NCBI GenBank assembly: GCA_021811945.1
Contig: JAKAPE010000001.1
Location: 1,518-65,517, forward strand
Origin: Pseudomonadota bacterium
GTDB taxonomy: Bacteria > Pseudomonadota > Alphaproteobacteria > Rhizobiales > Xanthobacteraceae
DNA length: 64,000 nucleotides
Direction: 5' to 3'
In this document: positions 18,720 through 26,449 of the stretch, piece by piece
Layout of the letters: the number at the start of each line of letters is the position of its first letter
Position numbering within the stretch: the stretch's first letter is position 1
Translations under genes and position numbers: made by a program
The notes under the pieces: model-generated
Database searches by the model: none
What the model was told of the DNA's origin: nothing
The model's input: only the letters and a program-made list of their open reading frames with translations

Positions 18720-18868
18720 GTCCCCCGCGCAGCCGCTCGAACTCCCCCCGAGCACACCGAGATGAAGGTCGACACCAGCACATGGCATGTGGAGCCGGAG
18801 GAAAATAGCGCAACATAGCGCCCCGTGGTTGGCCCAATGAGGCCGGCGCTGCCCCTCCGTGCACTTAT

Positions 18869-19918
18869 GTGACGATCCAACACCCGATGCCGCTTTACCA
18901 CACGACGCTCTTCTCGAACGATCCGCCCGGCGAGGCCTTCGCCTCGCGCGGCGCAGCCTGGTCCTTCGAAAAGGAGCCGGGCGTCTACCGTGGGACCCCG
19001 AATGAGATACACGCCTATTCCATGAAACTATTCAAGCAACGCGGCCACGCGGCGACCGGCAACTACGGGTCGGATGACGTGCCCGTGTTCTTCGACATGG
19101 AGATTATGATCCGGGCACAGAAGCTGGCGCATGCGCAACAGGCTATGAACTTGCTGGTCTCGGCGATGGCCGCGCTCGAAGGTTCGATCACGTTTGGTCC
19201 GGAGCCATTCAGCATCGAGCCACGGGCGGTCGGCGCCGCGGCACCAACCACGTCCTACCTCAGCCGGAGCGGGTTTCTGGACGCCTGCGTACTTGCGAAC
19301 CGCGCCAGCCGAAAACGCTCGTCAAGCTACGCATTACATAAGCTTGCGCTAAGCTACCAGTCCTCCTCGCCGCACCTCATGGACCTCCACCCGAGTGAGT
19401 CGCCGAGGCGATTTCAAGTGCAAAGTGATCCGATCTACCACGTGTACGTCGCGAACGCCGTCACGCTCGCGTACTCTGCAATCGAGGAACTCGGCTTGGA
19501 GTTGCGGGCAAGTCAAAAGAATCCATCGAAGATGCCAGACGGCACATGGAATCCGGTCGTAAAGGCGGATCTCGAGGAACGGCTTCAAAAGTCGGGCATC
19601 GACCTGTCAGATACGCATATATGGACCCTACGCGGACCCAAGACACGCATCGAGAAAAAGCGTCCGCCGCCTTCCGCGGGAAAGCCGAGCTGGTCCCGCG
19701 GCAATGTGCGCGACGTGAATGTCTGGCTGATCGATGCACTGGCCCTCGCAAGCTGGTTGCGCAGTAGCACGACAACCCACCGTTTCTCTGATGCCGCGCG
19801 CAGCTTGACAGTCTACGACGCGCATAACGTCCAATCGCTCGCACGTCATCTCATCATGGAGAAGTTTGGCTTTTGGCAGGCGCGAAGCAAGGAGTCGTCG
19901 GCAAGGAAGGACGCCTAG
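18869..19918 (+). CDS. Hypothetical protein (349 aa), no family recognised
   Basis: Long ORF with ordinary amino-acid composition, convergent with the Ubl operon. GTG 18869 or ATG 18887. Contains R-x5-H (LRSSTTTHR) near the C-terminus. Confidence 0.55.
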   Translation: MTIQHPMPLYHTTLFSNDPPGEAFASRGAAWSFEKEPGVYRGTPNEIHAYSMKLFKQRGHAATGNYGSDDVPVFFDMEIMIRAQKLAHAQQAMNLLVSAMAALEGSITFGPEPFSIEPRAVGAAAPTTSYLSRSGFLDACVLANRASRKRSSSYALHKLALSYQSSSPHLMDLHPSESPRRFQVQSDPIYHVYVANAVTLAYSAIEELGLELRASQKNPSKMPDGTWNPVVKADLEERLQKSGIDLSDTHIWTLRGPKTRIEKKRPPPSAGKPSWSRGNVRDVNVWLIDALALASWLRSSTTTHRFSDAARSLTVYDAHNVQSLARHLIMEKFGFWQARSKESSARKDA

Positions 19919-19942
19919 ATCGGCCGCGATCTGATTCTCGAC

Positions 19943-20995
19943 TTAGCGCTTGGACGAATAGGGCGTCTTGGAAGGAAGGCCCAACGCGTTGACAAGCCTG
20001 TCGTCGTCTGTGTTGGGGGCGTTCAACAAGCCGAGGCTTGCCTTGGGCGGCGCAGGCGGCCAATGCGAGAGAAGACCCCCAACGCCGGGAGCAAGCGGCT
20101 TCTCGCCCAATCCGAGTGCTGAGAGCGCACCAAGACCGAGGTGCGGCTGGGAAGGAGTCGTTGTCCGCGGCCAGTCGCGAACCGTCACGCGCTGGATGGT
20201 CCAGCGCCCGTCCGCCGTGACGTCGATGCGCATTGAACCATCCTTGCGGGTCGTGGCCACGTACCGCCGTTCGTTTGTGACGAAGACCGCGCCAGCGCAT
20301 CGAGTCCGATACCAGTCGTCAGTATCCTGACTGTCGTATTGACGTTGGTCATCCGAGACGATGACAAGCTGCGGCCGGAACAATTCGAACAGTTCGGTGC
20401 AGCAACCGCTGTCCCGGCCATGATGTGAGGCGACGAGTACCGAGACGTTCAGCACGTCCTGGCGGAAATCCTGGAGCGCCAGCAAACGTCGCCAGCCCGC
20501 AACCTCAAGATCGCCCGTGAACAGGATCTTGAACGTGCCGAATTGGGCGATGACCGCGAGGCTGAGATCGTTGGTCTTGTTCTCGGCCCCAGGGACGAAG
20601 AAGGGATAGTACCAGCGGATTTGAACATCCCCGAAATCCGGCTGCGCTCCAGCCAATGGATTTTTCGGTTGGGCAAGCCAAGCCGCGACCGCTTGCGCGC
20701 CGGGTCCCATGCCATCCTTCTTGAGCATCGCGAACTCGCGCGGGCCGACAGTGGGATTGCTGAGAATCCAGGGGACCGTGCAGTCCTGCATCACGTTCTT
20801 GAAGTCGCTCAGGTGGTCCTCGTCGAGATTCATCAGGCCAAGCAGATCGACAGTCTCGCGGAAGAAATGGAGCGAAGGAGTCCAAAAGCGATCTTCACCC
20901 CAACGGTCGCCGCAATCGAGCATCATGCGTCGCCCGTTTGGCGCGGTGAGCATGGCGCATTGGCCGTGACCGACGTTGAAGATTTCAATCCGCAT
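19943..20995 (-). CDS. ComEC/Rec2-related metallo-beta-lactamase-fold hydrolase (copy 2)
   Basis: FNVGHGQCAML..MLDCG, FTGDLE, LVASHHGRDSG, which is the COG2333-like MBL pattern. The start overlaps the patatin stop by 11 nt. Confidence 0.78.
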   Translation of the reverse strand: MRIEIFNVGHGQCAMLTAPNGRRMMLDCGDRWGEDRFWTPSLHFFRETVDLLGLMNLDEDHLSDFKNVMQDCTVPWILSNPTVGPREFAMLKKDGMGPGAQAVAAWLAQPKNPLAGAQPDFGDVQIRWYYPFFVPGAENKTNDLSLAVIAQFGTFKILFTGDLEVAGWRRLLALQDFRQDVLNVSVLVASHHGRDSGCCTELFELFRPQLVIVSDDQRQYDSQDTDDWYRTRCAGAVFVTNERRYVATTRKDGSMRIDVTADGRWTIQRVTVRDWPRTTTPSQPHLGLGALSALGLGEKPLAPGVGGLLSHWPPAPPKASLGLLNAPNTDDDRLVNALGLPSKTPYSSKR

Positions 20996-22199
20996 CGAGA
21001 GTTTCCTCGGCGCAAGACGGGTCGTTGACGAGATGAGGCAGATAGCTGCGAGCCAGGCAGAAGGTCAGTTGCTCCCCGCGCAGGCCGAGGCGCTCTATCC
21101 ATTCCTCCGGCATCGCGTTGAAATCAGTCGGATAGGCGTGTGCTTCCTCGCGGCGCACGAGGTCCGCGGGCGGTTTCGGGAGCTGCCGGTCTTGTTGTCC
21201 AAGATACGGGAACAGGAAAGCTTTGATTTGCCCAGTCCGCTGCGCCTCGTGCAGCCGGTGCATGGCGGCGTTCTGGGCACGATCGAACACCGCGCTGAAG
21301 ACGCTGAGCATGCGCGCGAAGATAAACTGACCTGGCGGATCCTGCCGCAAGCCGTAGCCTGCCGAGCAGCAGATGATCGTGTCAACCGGAACTACGTTGA
21401 GGCTCACGTCCGGCGACCGGTCCGGCCAGAGACAGCCGAGGCCGAGATTGTCGTAGATGCCCCCGTCGGTCAGGATGACGCGGCTATCCTTGAGCGCTCC
21501 GTCCTTTTCGAAGGTCAGCGTCTCGTCGAACGCCGGGAGAAAGAGCGGATAGGCCGCCGAGGCGGCGACTGCGTGGGCCACCGACGCATCGTTGCGGTGT
21601 ATCTTGCCCCAGCGCCAAGATCCCGACTCCATGGTGCCGAAGCGGAACGCCGATCCGGTTCTCAGCTCTGTGGCGTTGATGACGAGATGCGGTTGTGCCG
21701 ACAGGTCCTTCAGGGACGCTCCCTTGAACAAGAGGTCGTCGAAGACCGCTTCGAGCAAGGTGGTCCGGCTCGCGAAGCGATGCAGCGGCGATCGGATCTC
21801 GAAGCGCTCGAAACGCGCCGCGAGCCCCGGGGGCGTGACCCAGCGCGCCACCTTGATCGCCATCTTGATCAAGGTGACGGCGAGCGCGACCAGTCCAATC
21901 ACCACGAAAGCGGCGGCGACCTTGATACCGGTCACGCTGAAAAGCTTGCGGTACATCGGCGCCACAAGTCCTTGGCGGAGCAAGTGGCGGATTTTCGCCT
22001 CGAAGGAGGCGAAGTCGCCGTGGTGGGCGTGGAAATAAGCACCAATTACGCTGCCGCCCGACACCGTCGAGAGAATGGCAACGTGATCGAGAAGTCCGAG
22101 CCGCTTAAGCGCGCGCAGACACCCGAGGTGAAACGCGATGGCGCGCGAGCCGCCGCCCGAGAGGGCGAGGCCGATCCTGGGGGCGACCGCCGCGTCCAT
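20985..22199 (-). CDS. Patatin-like phospholipase
   Basis: Oxyanion GLALSGGGSRAIAFHLG, nucleophile elbow STVSGGS, catalytic Asp LTDGGIYDNLG. A hydrophobic segment (VAAAFVVIGLVALAVTLI) sits mid-protein. Confidence 0.87.
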   Translation of the reverse strand: MDAAVAPRIGLALSGGGSRAIAFHLGCLRALKRLGLLDHVAILSTVSGGSVIGAYFHAHHGDFASFEAKIRHLLRQGLVAPMYRKLFSVTGIKVAAAFVVIGLVALAVTLIKMAIKVARWVTPPGLAARFERFEIRSPLHRFASRTTLLEAVFDDLLFKGASLKDLSAQPHLVINATELRTGSAFRFGTMESGSWRWGKIHRNDASVAHAVAASAAYPLFLPAFDETLTFEKDGALKDSRVILTDGGIYDNLGLGCLWPDRSPDVSLNVVPVDTIICCSAGYGLRQDPPGQFIFARMLSVFSAVFDRAQNAAMHRLHEAQRTGQIKAFLFPYLGQQDRQLPKPPADLVRREEAHAYPTDFNAMPEEWIERLGLRGEQLTFCLARSYLPHLVNDPSCAEETLDAD

Positions 22200-22212
22200 G
22201 CCGGGCCGCCGC

Positions 22213-23073
22213 TCAGGCCGCGGTGGCCGGCGCGTTGACAGACCTGATAAGGGTCGTCGTCAACTCTGTCGGTCCGGGCTGGGTCAAGAGCGACACGCCG
22301 CCCTCCATGTTGGTCGCAAAGACGTGCTTCGCCACGCGGCTATAGACTTGCAGCGCCTGCGGATGCGGGTGGCCGTACTGGCTATCGACGCCGGCACTGA
22401 TCAGAACCGTGTGCGGGGCGATGTTGACGAGCGACGCCGGATGCGTCGCGTTTTTCGAGCCGTGATGGGGTGCGGCGAGCACGTGTGCCTTCAGCGCGGT
22501 GCCGAAGAGCTTATTGATCCGGTCCCAGCGCGGATTCTCCGTGTCGCCGGTGATGAGGTAGGAGAAGCCGCGAGCACCGAGCCCTGTGAGTTTGAGCACG
22601 ATGCTGCAATTGTTGGAGCAGTCCATGTCCTCGATGTGCGGCGAGAAGAGTTCGAACTCGAACTTGCCCGAGAGGCCGGTCAAGCAGCGGTTGGCGAGTT
22701 GGTCGACGCGCACCGAGACCTTCCTCAAAGGATTGTTGGTTTGCCGGCGCGCCGCCTCCTCGGCATTGATGAGGGCGAAGACGCGCTTCGCCTCGTCGCT
22801 GTCCTTGTAGTATTTGGGGTACATGACCCAGTCCGGGCGGTACTTGCGCAGCACGATCGAGGCGCCCACGATCTCGCTGTGGTCGCTGTCGAAGCCGGTC
22901 AGAATGAGGCCCGTCACGCAATGGTCCTTCAGGGACAGCGCCATGATCTCCTTGACGTAGGCCACGGTGCTGTCATCGGCCGGCGGAATGCGGCAATCGA
23001 CGATGATGGCTTCCTTCTGGTGCCTCACGATCGCGAGCGCGCCTTGGCCGACATTGACCGTGATGATGTTCAT
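22213..23073 (-). CDS. ComEC/Rec2-related metallo-beta-lactamase-fold hydrolase (copy 1)
   Basis: MNIITVNVGQGALAIV..IVDC, ITGDTE, LAAPHHGSKNA. ATG 23073 lies 5 nt after the JAB stop. Confidence 0.78.
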   Translation of the reverse strand: MNIITVNVGQGALAIVRHQKEAIIVDCRIPPADDSTVAYVKEIMALSLKDHCVTGLILTGFDSDHSEIVGASIVLRKYRPDWVMYPKYYKDSDEAKRVFALINAEEAARRQTNNPLRKVSVRVDQLANRCLTGLSGKFEFELFSPHIEDMDCSNNCSIVLKLTGLGARGFSYLITGDTENPRWDRINKLFGTALKAHVLAAPHHGSKNATHPASLVNIAPHTVLISAGVDSQYGHPHPQALQVYSRVAKHVFATNMEGGVSLLTQPGPTELTTTLIRSVNAPATAA

Positions 23074-23078
23074 GCCCC

Positions 23079-23996
23079 TCACCCCTTCTTGCCGCGATAG
23101 AGCGCCTGGTTGAGATCGCGTTCGAGCTGCAGAACGGCGTGCCTCGCCGAGCGGAACTTGCGCGCCCGGTACTGCGTCAGGATGTCGGCGATGACCGGGT
23201 TCTTGCAGGACGTGGCGATCGAATAGGACCGCGCCTTGTCGTCGGGGTCCTCGATCGCCACCACCTCGGCGCGCGAGCCGTCGACCAACTGCAACGGCCC
23301 CTTCCAATAGGGCGCGCCGCTATCCTTGGAGAGCAACGCCTTGAGGCCCGGATAGAATTCGGCAAAGAACTCCTGATCCTTGGCGCGCTGCGGGTTGGCG
23401 GCGCCGGTCTGGGCAGGCTGCGGCGGAGGATCGCGCGGCTCCGCATTCTCGGCCATCGCGCGCGGGCGCAGAACGGGGGTATCGACGAGCCGCACGTCTT
23501 TCGCGAGAACCTCGTAGATCGTGTCGTCGCCGCGCCGGAAGATGAAGTGCTTCACGGCGTAGCGCGGGTTGCCGCCGCCGTTCTTGGTGACGACGAGCAG
23601 CGCGTAGAAGAAGTCGGTATTGTGATTCTCGTGGTTGACGGTCTTGAAGTAGGTCTGCTTGTCGCCGCCGCTCAAGGTCGGGTAGCCGTTGACGTGATGG
23701 GTGTGCCAGTTGCCGAGATGCTCGATTTCGGGGTGGCTGGCTTCGATAGCGCGGAATAGCTTTTCCTGGTGGTCGCCGTCCTGCAAGAAATAAGTCGACG
23801 TCCGTTGCGCGTTCGGCCCCGGCTCGAGCACGCCCTTGACCTCGATGTCGTAGCGCCCCTGGTCATGGCGGTAGGTGCCGAGAAGCCGGCCGCCGGTTTC
23901 ATCGACATCGTAGCGGTCGCACTCGTCGAACACGGCTTCGAGCGCGCCGCGCGCGATCGAGATCGAGAACACCGGCTTTTTCGATCTAAACAGCAT
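23079..23996 (-). CDS. JAB/MPN (JAMM) metallopeptidase with a C-terminal extension of about 150 aa
   Basis: Complete JAMM signature: E (DVDETGGRLLG) ... HTHHVNGYPTLSGGD (H-x-H-x7-S-x2-D). The start overlaps the E1 stop by 11 nt. Confidence 0.85.
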   Translation of the reverse strand: MLFRSKKPVFSISIARGALEAVFDECDRYDVDETGGRLLGTYRHDQGRYDIEVKGVLEPGPNAQRTSTYFLQDGDHQEKLFRAIEASHPEIEHLGNWHTHHVNGYPTLSGGDKQTYFKTVNHENHNTDFFYALLVVTKNGGGNPRYAVKHFIFRRGDDTIYEVLAKDVRLVDTPVLRPRAMAENAEPRDPPPQPAQTGAANPQRAKDQEFFAEFYPGLKALLSKDSGAPYWKGPLQLVDGSRAEVVAIEDPDDKARSYSIATSCKNPVIADILTQYRARKFRSARHAVLQLERDLNQALYRGKKG

Positions 23997-24858
23997 GGGC
24001 CGTGCTCCTCGTGGCGCAGACCGCACACTGCTCCTGCGGGCTGAGCGCGGTGCGTTGCAGGTGAAAATGCTTATTGAAGGGATGGACAGGCCGGTTGCCC
24101 CAGATCAGGTAGTTCTCGTCGATAGGATCGAGGAATTTGGGACGCTCGCCGAGGCGCCTCGCGACGGCGTCGAGGACAAACCGGGTGTGGAACGAGGTGA
24201 TGAAGGTGATGTCCACCGTGAGGCCAGGCGAGTCCTTGATCTCGGCGATCTCCATGCCATAGACCTTCTCGCGCTCCTCGTCGGAGACGAGGTCGATCTC
24301 GCGGATGCCTTGCCGGAAGGGCGTGCGCTGCAACGCCGCTTCGAGGCAGGCGAGGCAGGCGCCCTCTGGCGGACGGTAGGCGAAGACTTCGCCGCCGATG
24401 CCGCGGGTGAACACACGGCCGACCACGAACGGAACGCCGTGGCGGATGCACATCTCGTTGATGGTGTAGCGGGTCGGCTCGTTATCGGTGGCGAGCACCA
24501 CCACGTCGGCCTTCACGATCTCGGCGGCGAGGCCGGGATAGTTCATGATGTCCGCGTCGATCTTGGCGATGCTGGCGTTCGGGTTGCGGTCGTGCAGCAC
24601 GTCGGCGACGGCGTCGGTTTTCTTCTGGCCGATGTAGCGGCGGCCGCAGACATGCCGGATGACGTTCTCCGGCCCGAGGATGTCGTTGTCGATCAGCGTG
24701 AAGTTGCGGATGCCGGACATGACGAGCTGGAGCGCGACGCTGGCGCCACCGGAGCCGCAGCCCGCGATGAGGACGTTCACGTTGGCGAAGGCGGCAATGT
24801 CGAACAGCGTCTCGATGCGTTCGAAGGTGCGGTCGGTCATGGCGCGGTCAGTCATCAT
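23986..24858 (-). CDS. ThiF/MoeB/E1-like adenylyltransferase
   Basis: Rossmann motif VLIAGCGSGGASVALQLVMSGI..TLIDNDIL, conserved R/D adenylation residues, and two CxxC pairs (CLAC ... CAVC) as in the ThiF/MoeB zinc site. The ATG overlaps the upstream TGA (ATGA). Confidence 0.87.
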   Translation of the reverse strand: MMTDRAMTDRTFERIETLFDIAAFANVNVLIAGCGSGGASVALQLVMSGIRNFTLIDNDILGPENVIRHVCGRRYIGQKKTDAVADVLHDRNPNASIAKIDADIMNYPGLAAEIVKADVVVLATDNEPTRYTINEMCIRHGVPFVVGRVFTRGIGGEVFAYRPPEGACLACLEAALQRTPFRQGIREIDLVSDEEREKVYGMEIAEIKDSPGLTVDITFITSFHTRFVLDAVARRLGERPKFLDPIDENYLIWGNRPVHPFNKHFHLQRTALSPQEQCAVCATRSTAHAV

Positions 24859-25382
24859 GCATCCGTCCTTTCCGGCCATTCGCCGGTCTTGCACCACTTG
24901 GCGTAGTGTTTGAGCCAGACCCGTGCGAGGCCGAGAGCGTGGCTGACGTCGTGGGTCTTGACGTTCCAAGCCGTCGTCGCGCCGAAGATCGAGAGCGCGC
25001 CGTCCGGCCAGCGCTGCGGGGCGTTGGACGCGACCTGCGCGGCGTAAATCCGCGGCGCGGAATTGGGGTAGCCATGCGGCAGCACGATGCTGACGATGAT
25101 GTTCTCGCCGGCGGCTGTTTCCGGGCAACTGATCTCTAGTTCTTTGCTCTCATTGATCGTGAGCTTGTAGCTCTCCTTCTTGCCGTCGAGCTTGGCGAGC
25201 TCTTTGGCGATGCGGTCGGGGGCGATGTCCGGCAGCAAGAAGGAGACCGGCACGAGGCAGGCCTTTGGCTGGCCGTTGCGCTCGACGACGAAGACCTCGC
25301 CGTCCCGCGCCACGCGGTCGAGAACCTCGCCCGGGGAGCTGCGCAGCTCCATCATCTTCAAGGTCTTGAAATCGACTTTCAA
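24855..25382 (-). CDS. Phd/YefM-like N-terminal domain fused to an E2-variant (UEV-like) domain
   Basis: The N-terminus ELRSSPGEVLDRVARDGEVFVVERNGQPKACLVP resembles Phd/YefM antitoxins. The C-terminus LPHGYPNSAPRIYA...DGALSIFG...W is paralogous to the neighbouring E2 but has Ser where the E2 Cys sits. Start is TTG 25382 or ATG 25355. Confidence 0.6.
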   Translation of the reverse strand: MKVDFKTLKMMELRSSPGEVLDRVARDGEVFVVERNGQPKACLVPVSFLLPDIAPDRIAKELAKLDGKKESYKLTINESKELEISCPETAAGENIIVSIVLPHGYPNSAPRIYAAQVASNAPQRWPDGALSIFGATTAWNVKTHDVSHALGLARVWLKHYAKWCKTGEWPERTDA

Positions 25383-25392
25383 AGGCCGCCCC

Positions 25393-25773
25393 TCAGTGCC
25401 TGATCTCGGCGCCTGGCCAGGTGCCGCCGTTGTTGCGCCAGACCTCGTATTTGTTGAGCCACTTCGCGGCGCGGCCGATGACGAAAGTCAGGTGATGGAC
25501 GCCCGGGTTCCACATCGTCGGATGCAGGTAACAGATGTGCCCGCCCTGATACCGGTGCGGCGCATGGGTGATGGTCGGCGCGTCGATGAACACGCGCGGC
25601 ATCTCGTTCGGATAGTTGTCAGGGAATTTGATCGAGAGCACATACTGTCGGCCGTTCGAGGTCTGCAGCGCCGCACGGGCATAGACCTTGCCGTCGAGCG
25701 TCGGCTGCAGCTCGACGAGCGCGAAGGTCCGCTGTGCCTCGGCGAATTCGCGGTGGATGCGAGCGATGTCCAT
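25393..25773 (-). CDS. E2 (UBC)-like protein with candidate catalytic Cys
   Basis: FPDNYPNEMPRVFI....HAPH...GGHICYLHPTMWNP parallels the eukaryotic E2 pattern FP..YP..PP.v.F...i.HPN....G.ICL..L...W.P. Confidence 0.65.
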   Translation of the reverse strand: MDIARIHREFAEAQRTFALVELQPTLDGKVYARAALQTSNGRQYVLSIKFPDNYPNEMPRVFIDAPTITHAPHRYQGGHICYLHPTMWNPGVHHLTFVIGRAAKWLNKYEVWRNNGGTWPGAEIRH

Positions 25774-25781
25774 CGCGGGCC

Positions 25782-25955
25782 TCAATACTCGCCGCCGAGG
25801 TTTTCTTTCATCGTCAGCGGCTTCTTGTTGCCGAGCTCGGACGACGTGGTCTGACCGATCTGTCGAATCTCGCCGTTCGGCAGGATCTGGATCGGGATGT
25901 CCTCCTCGCTGTTAAGGAGCCGCTCCAGCTCGTCGATTTTGGACTGTTGGCTCAT
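25782..25955 (-). CDS. 57-aa protein ending ...ENLGGEY; candidate ubiquitin-like modifier/tag
   Basis: Strong RBS (GGAGGGAAGGA-ATG). First gene of the operon. The C-terminal Gly-Gly is followed by two residues. The stop lies 8 nt before the E2 start. Confidence 0.5.
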   Translation of the reverse strand: MSQQSKIDELERLLNSEEDIPIQILPNGEIRQIGQTTSSELGNKKPLTMKENLGGEY

Positions 25956-26004
25956 TCCTTCCCTCCAAGGGCACGACACGACTCACGAGCTAATACAATT
26001 GCAC

Positions 26005-26032
26005 ACCCTACAACGGTTGCGCATAGAGTCAA
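26005..26032 (-). promoter_or_regulatory. Possible sigma70-type promoter of the Ubl operon (TTGACT-N16-TAGGGT)
   Basis: Minus-strand TTGACT (26032-26027) and TAGGGT (26010-26005), about 50 nt upstream of ATG 25955. Pattern match only. Confidence 0.25.
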
Positions 26033-26202
26033 TTTAAGATTTGGGGGGGGCGGGCGCTGATGGCTACCAGATAGGGGGGGTGCGGATCCGCCGCCAGCCG
26101 TAAGCGCGAAACTTGTTCCGGCCGGGAACTTGCGCCAAGGCACCGGAGTGCGCTCGGTTTGAGTATTGTTCTCGCGGCGGCGGGACGAACGAATGTCTGG
26201 CC

Positions 26203-26449
26203 ATGATCTATTACGTCGGGTCGCCCTTCACTGAGGTCGAAGGTGGCCTCGCGCCCGGCCAGGCCGTCGAGTGCTTGAGCAACGCCACCGCAATCGGCGC
26301 GCCGAGGCGAGGGCCGCGAACCAATGCAATGCCGGTGCCGTCGCCTTCTCCCGCAGCGGCGACCTCAATTTCGGCGAGTTCGAGACACCGTCATCCTTAA
26401 GACCTTCGGCGAGGTGCCCGAGGATTTCACCAGACCGCCGACGGCATGA
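26203..26449 (+). pseudogene. Decayed small ORF read through three frames
   Basis: Protein-like segments continue across two frame changes: MIYYVGSPFTEVEGGLAPGQAVECLSNATAIG / NAGAVAFSRSGDLNFGEFE / DTVILKTFGEVPEDFTRPPTA-stop. This resembles a small conserved rhizobial plasmid/island protein from memory only. Confidence 0.3.
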
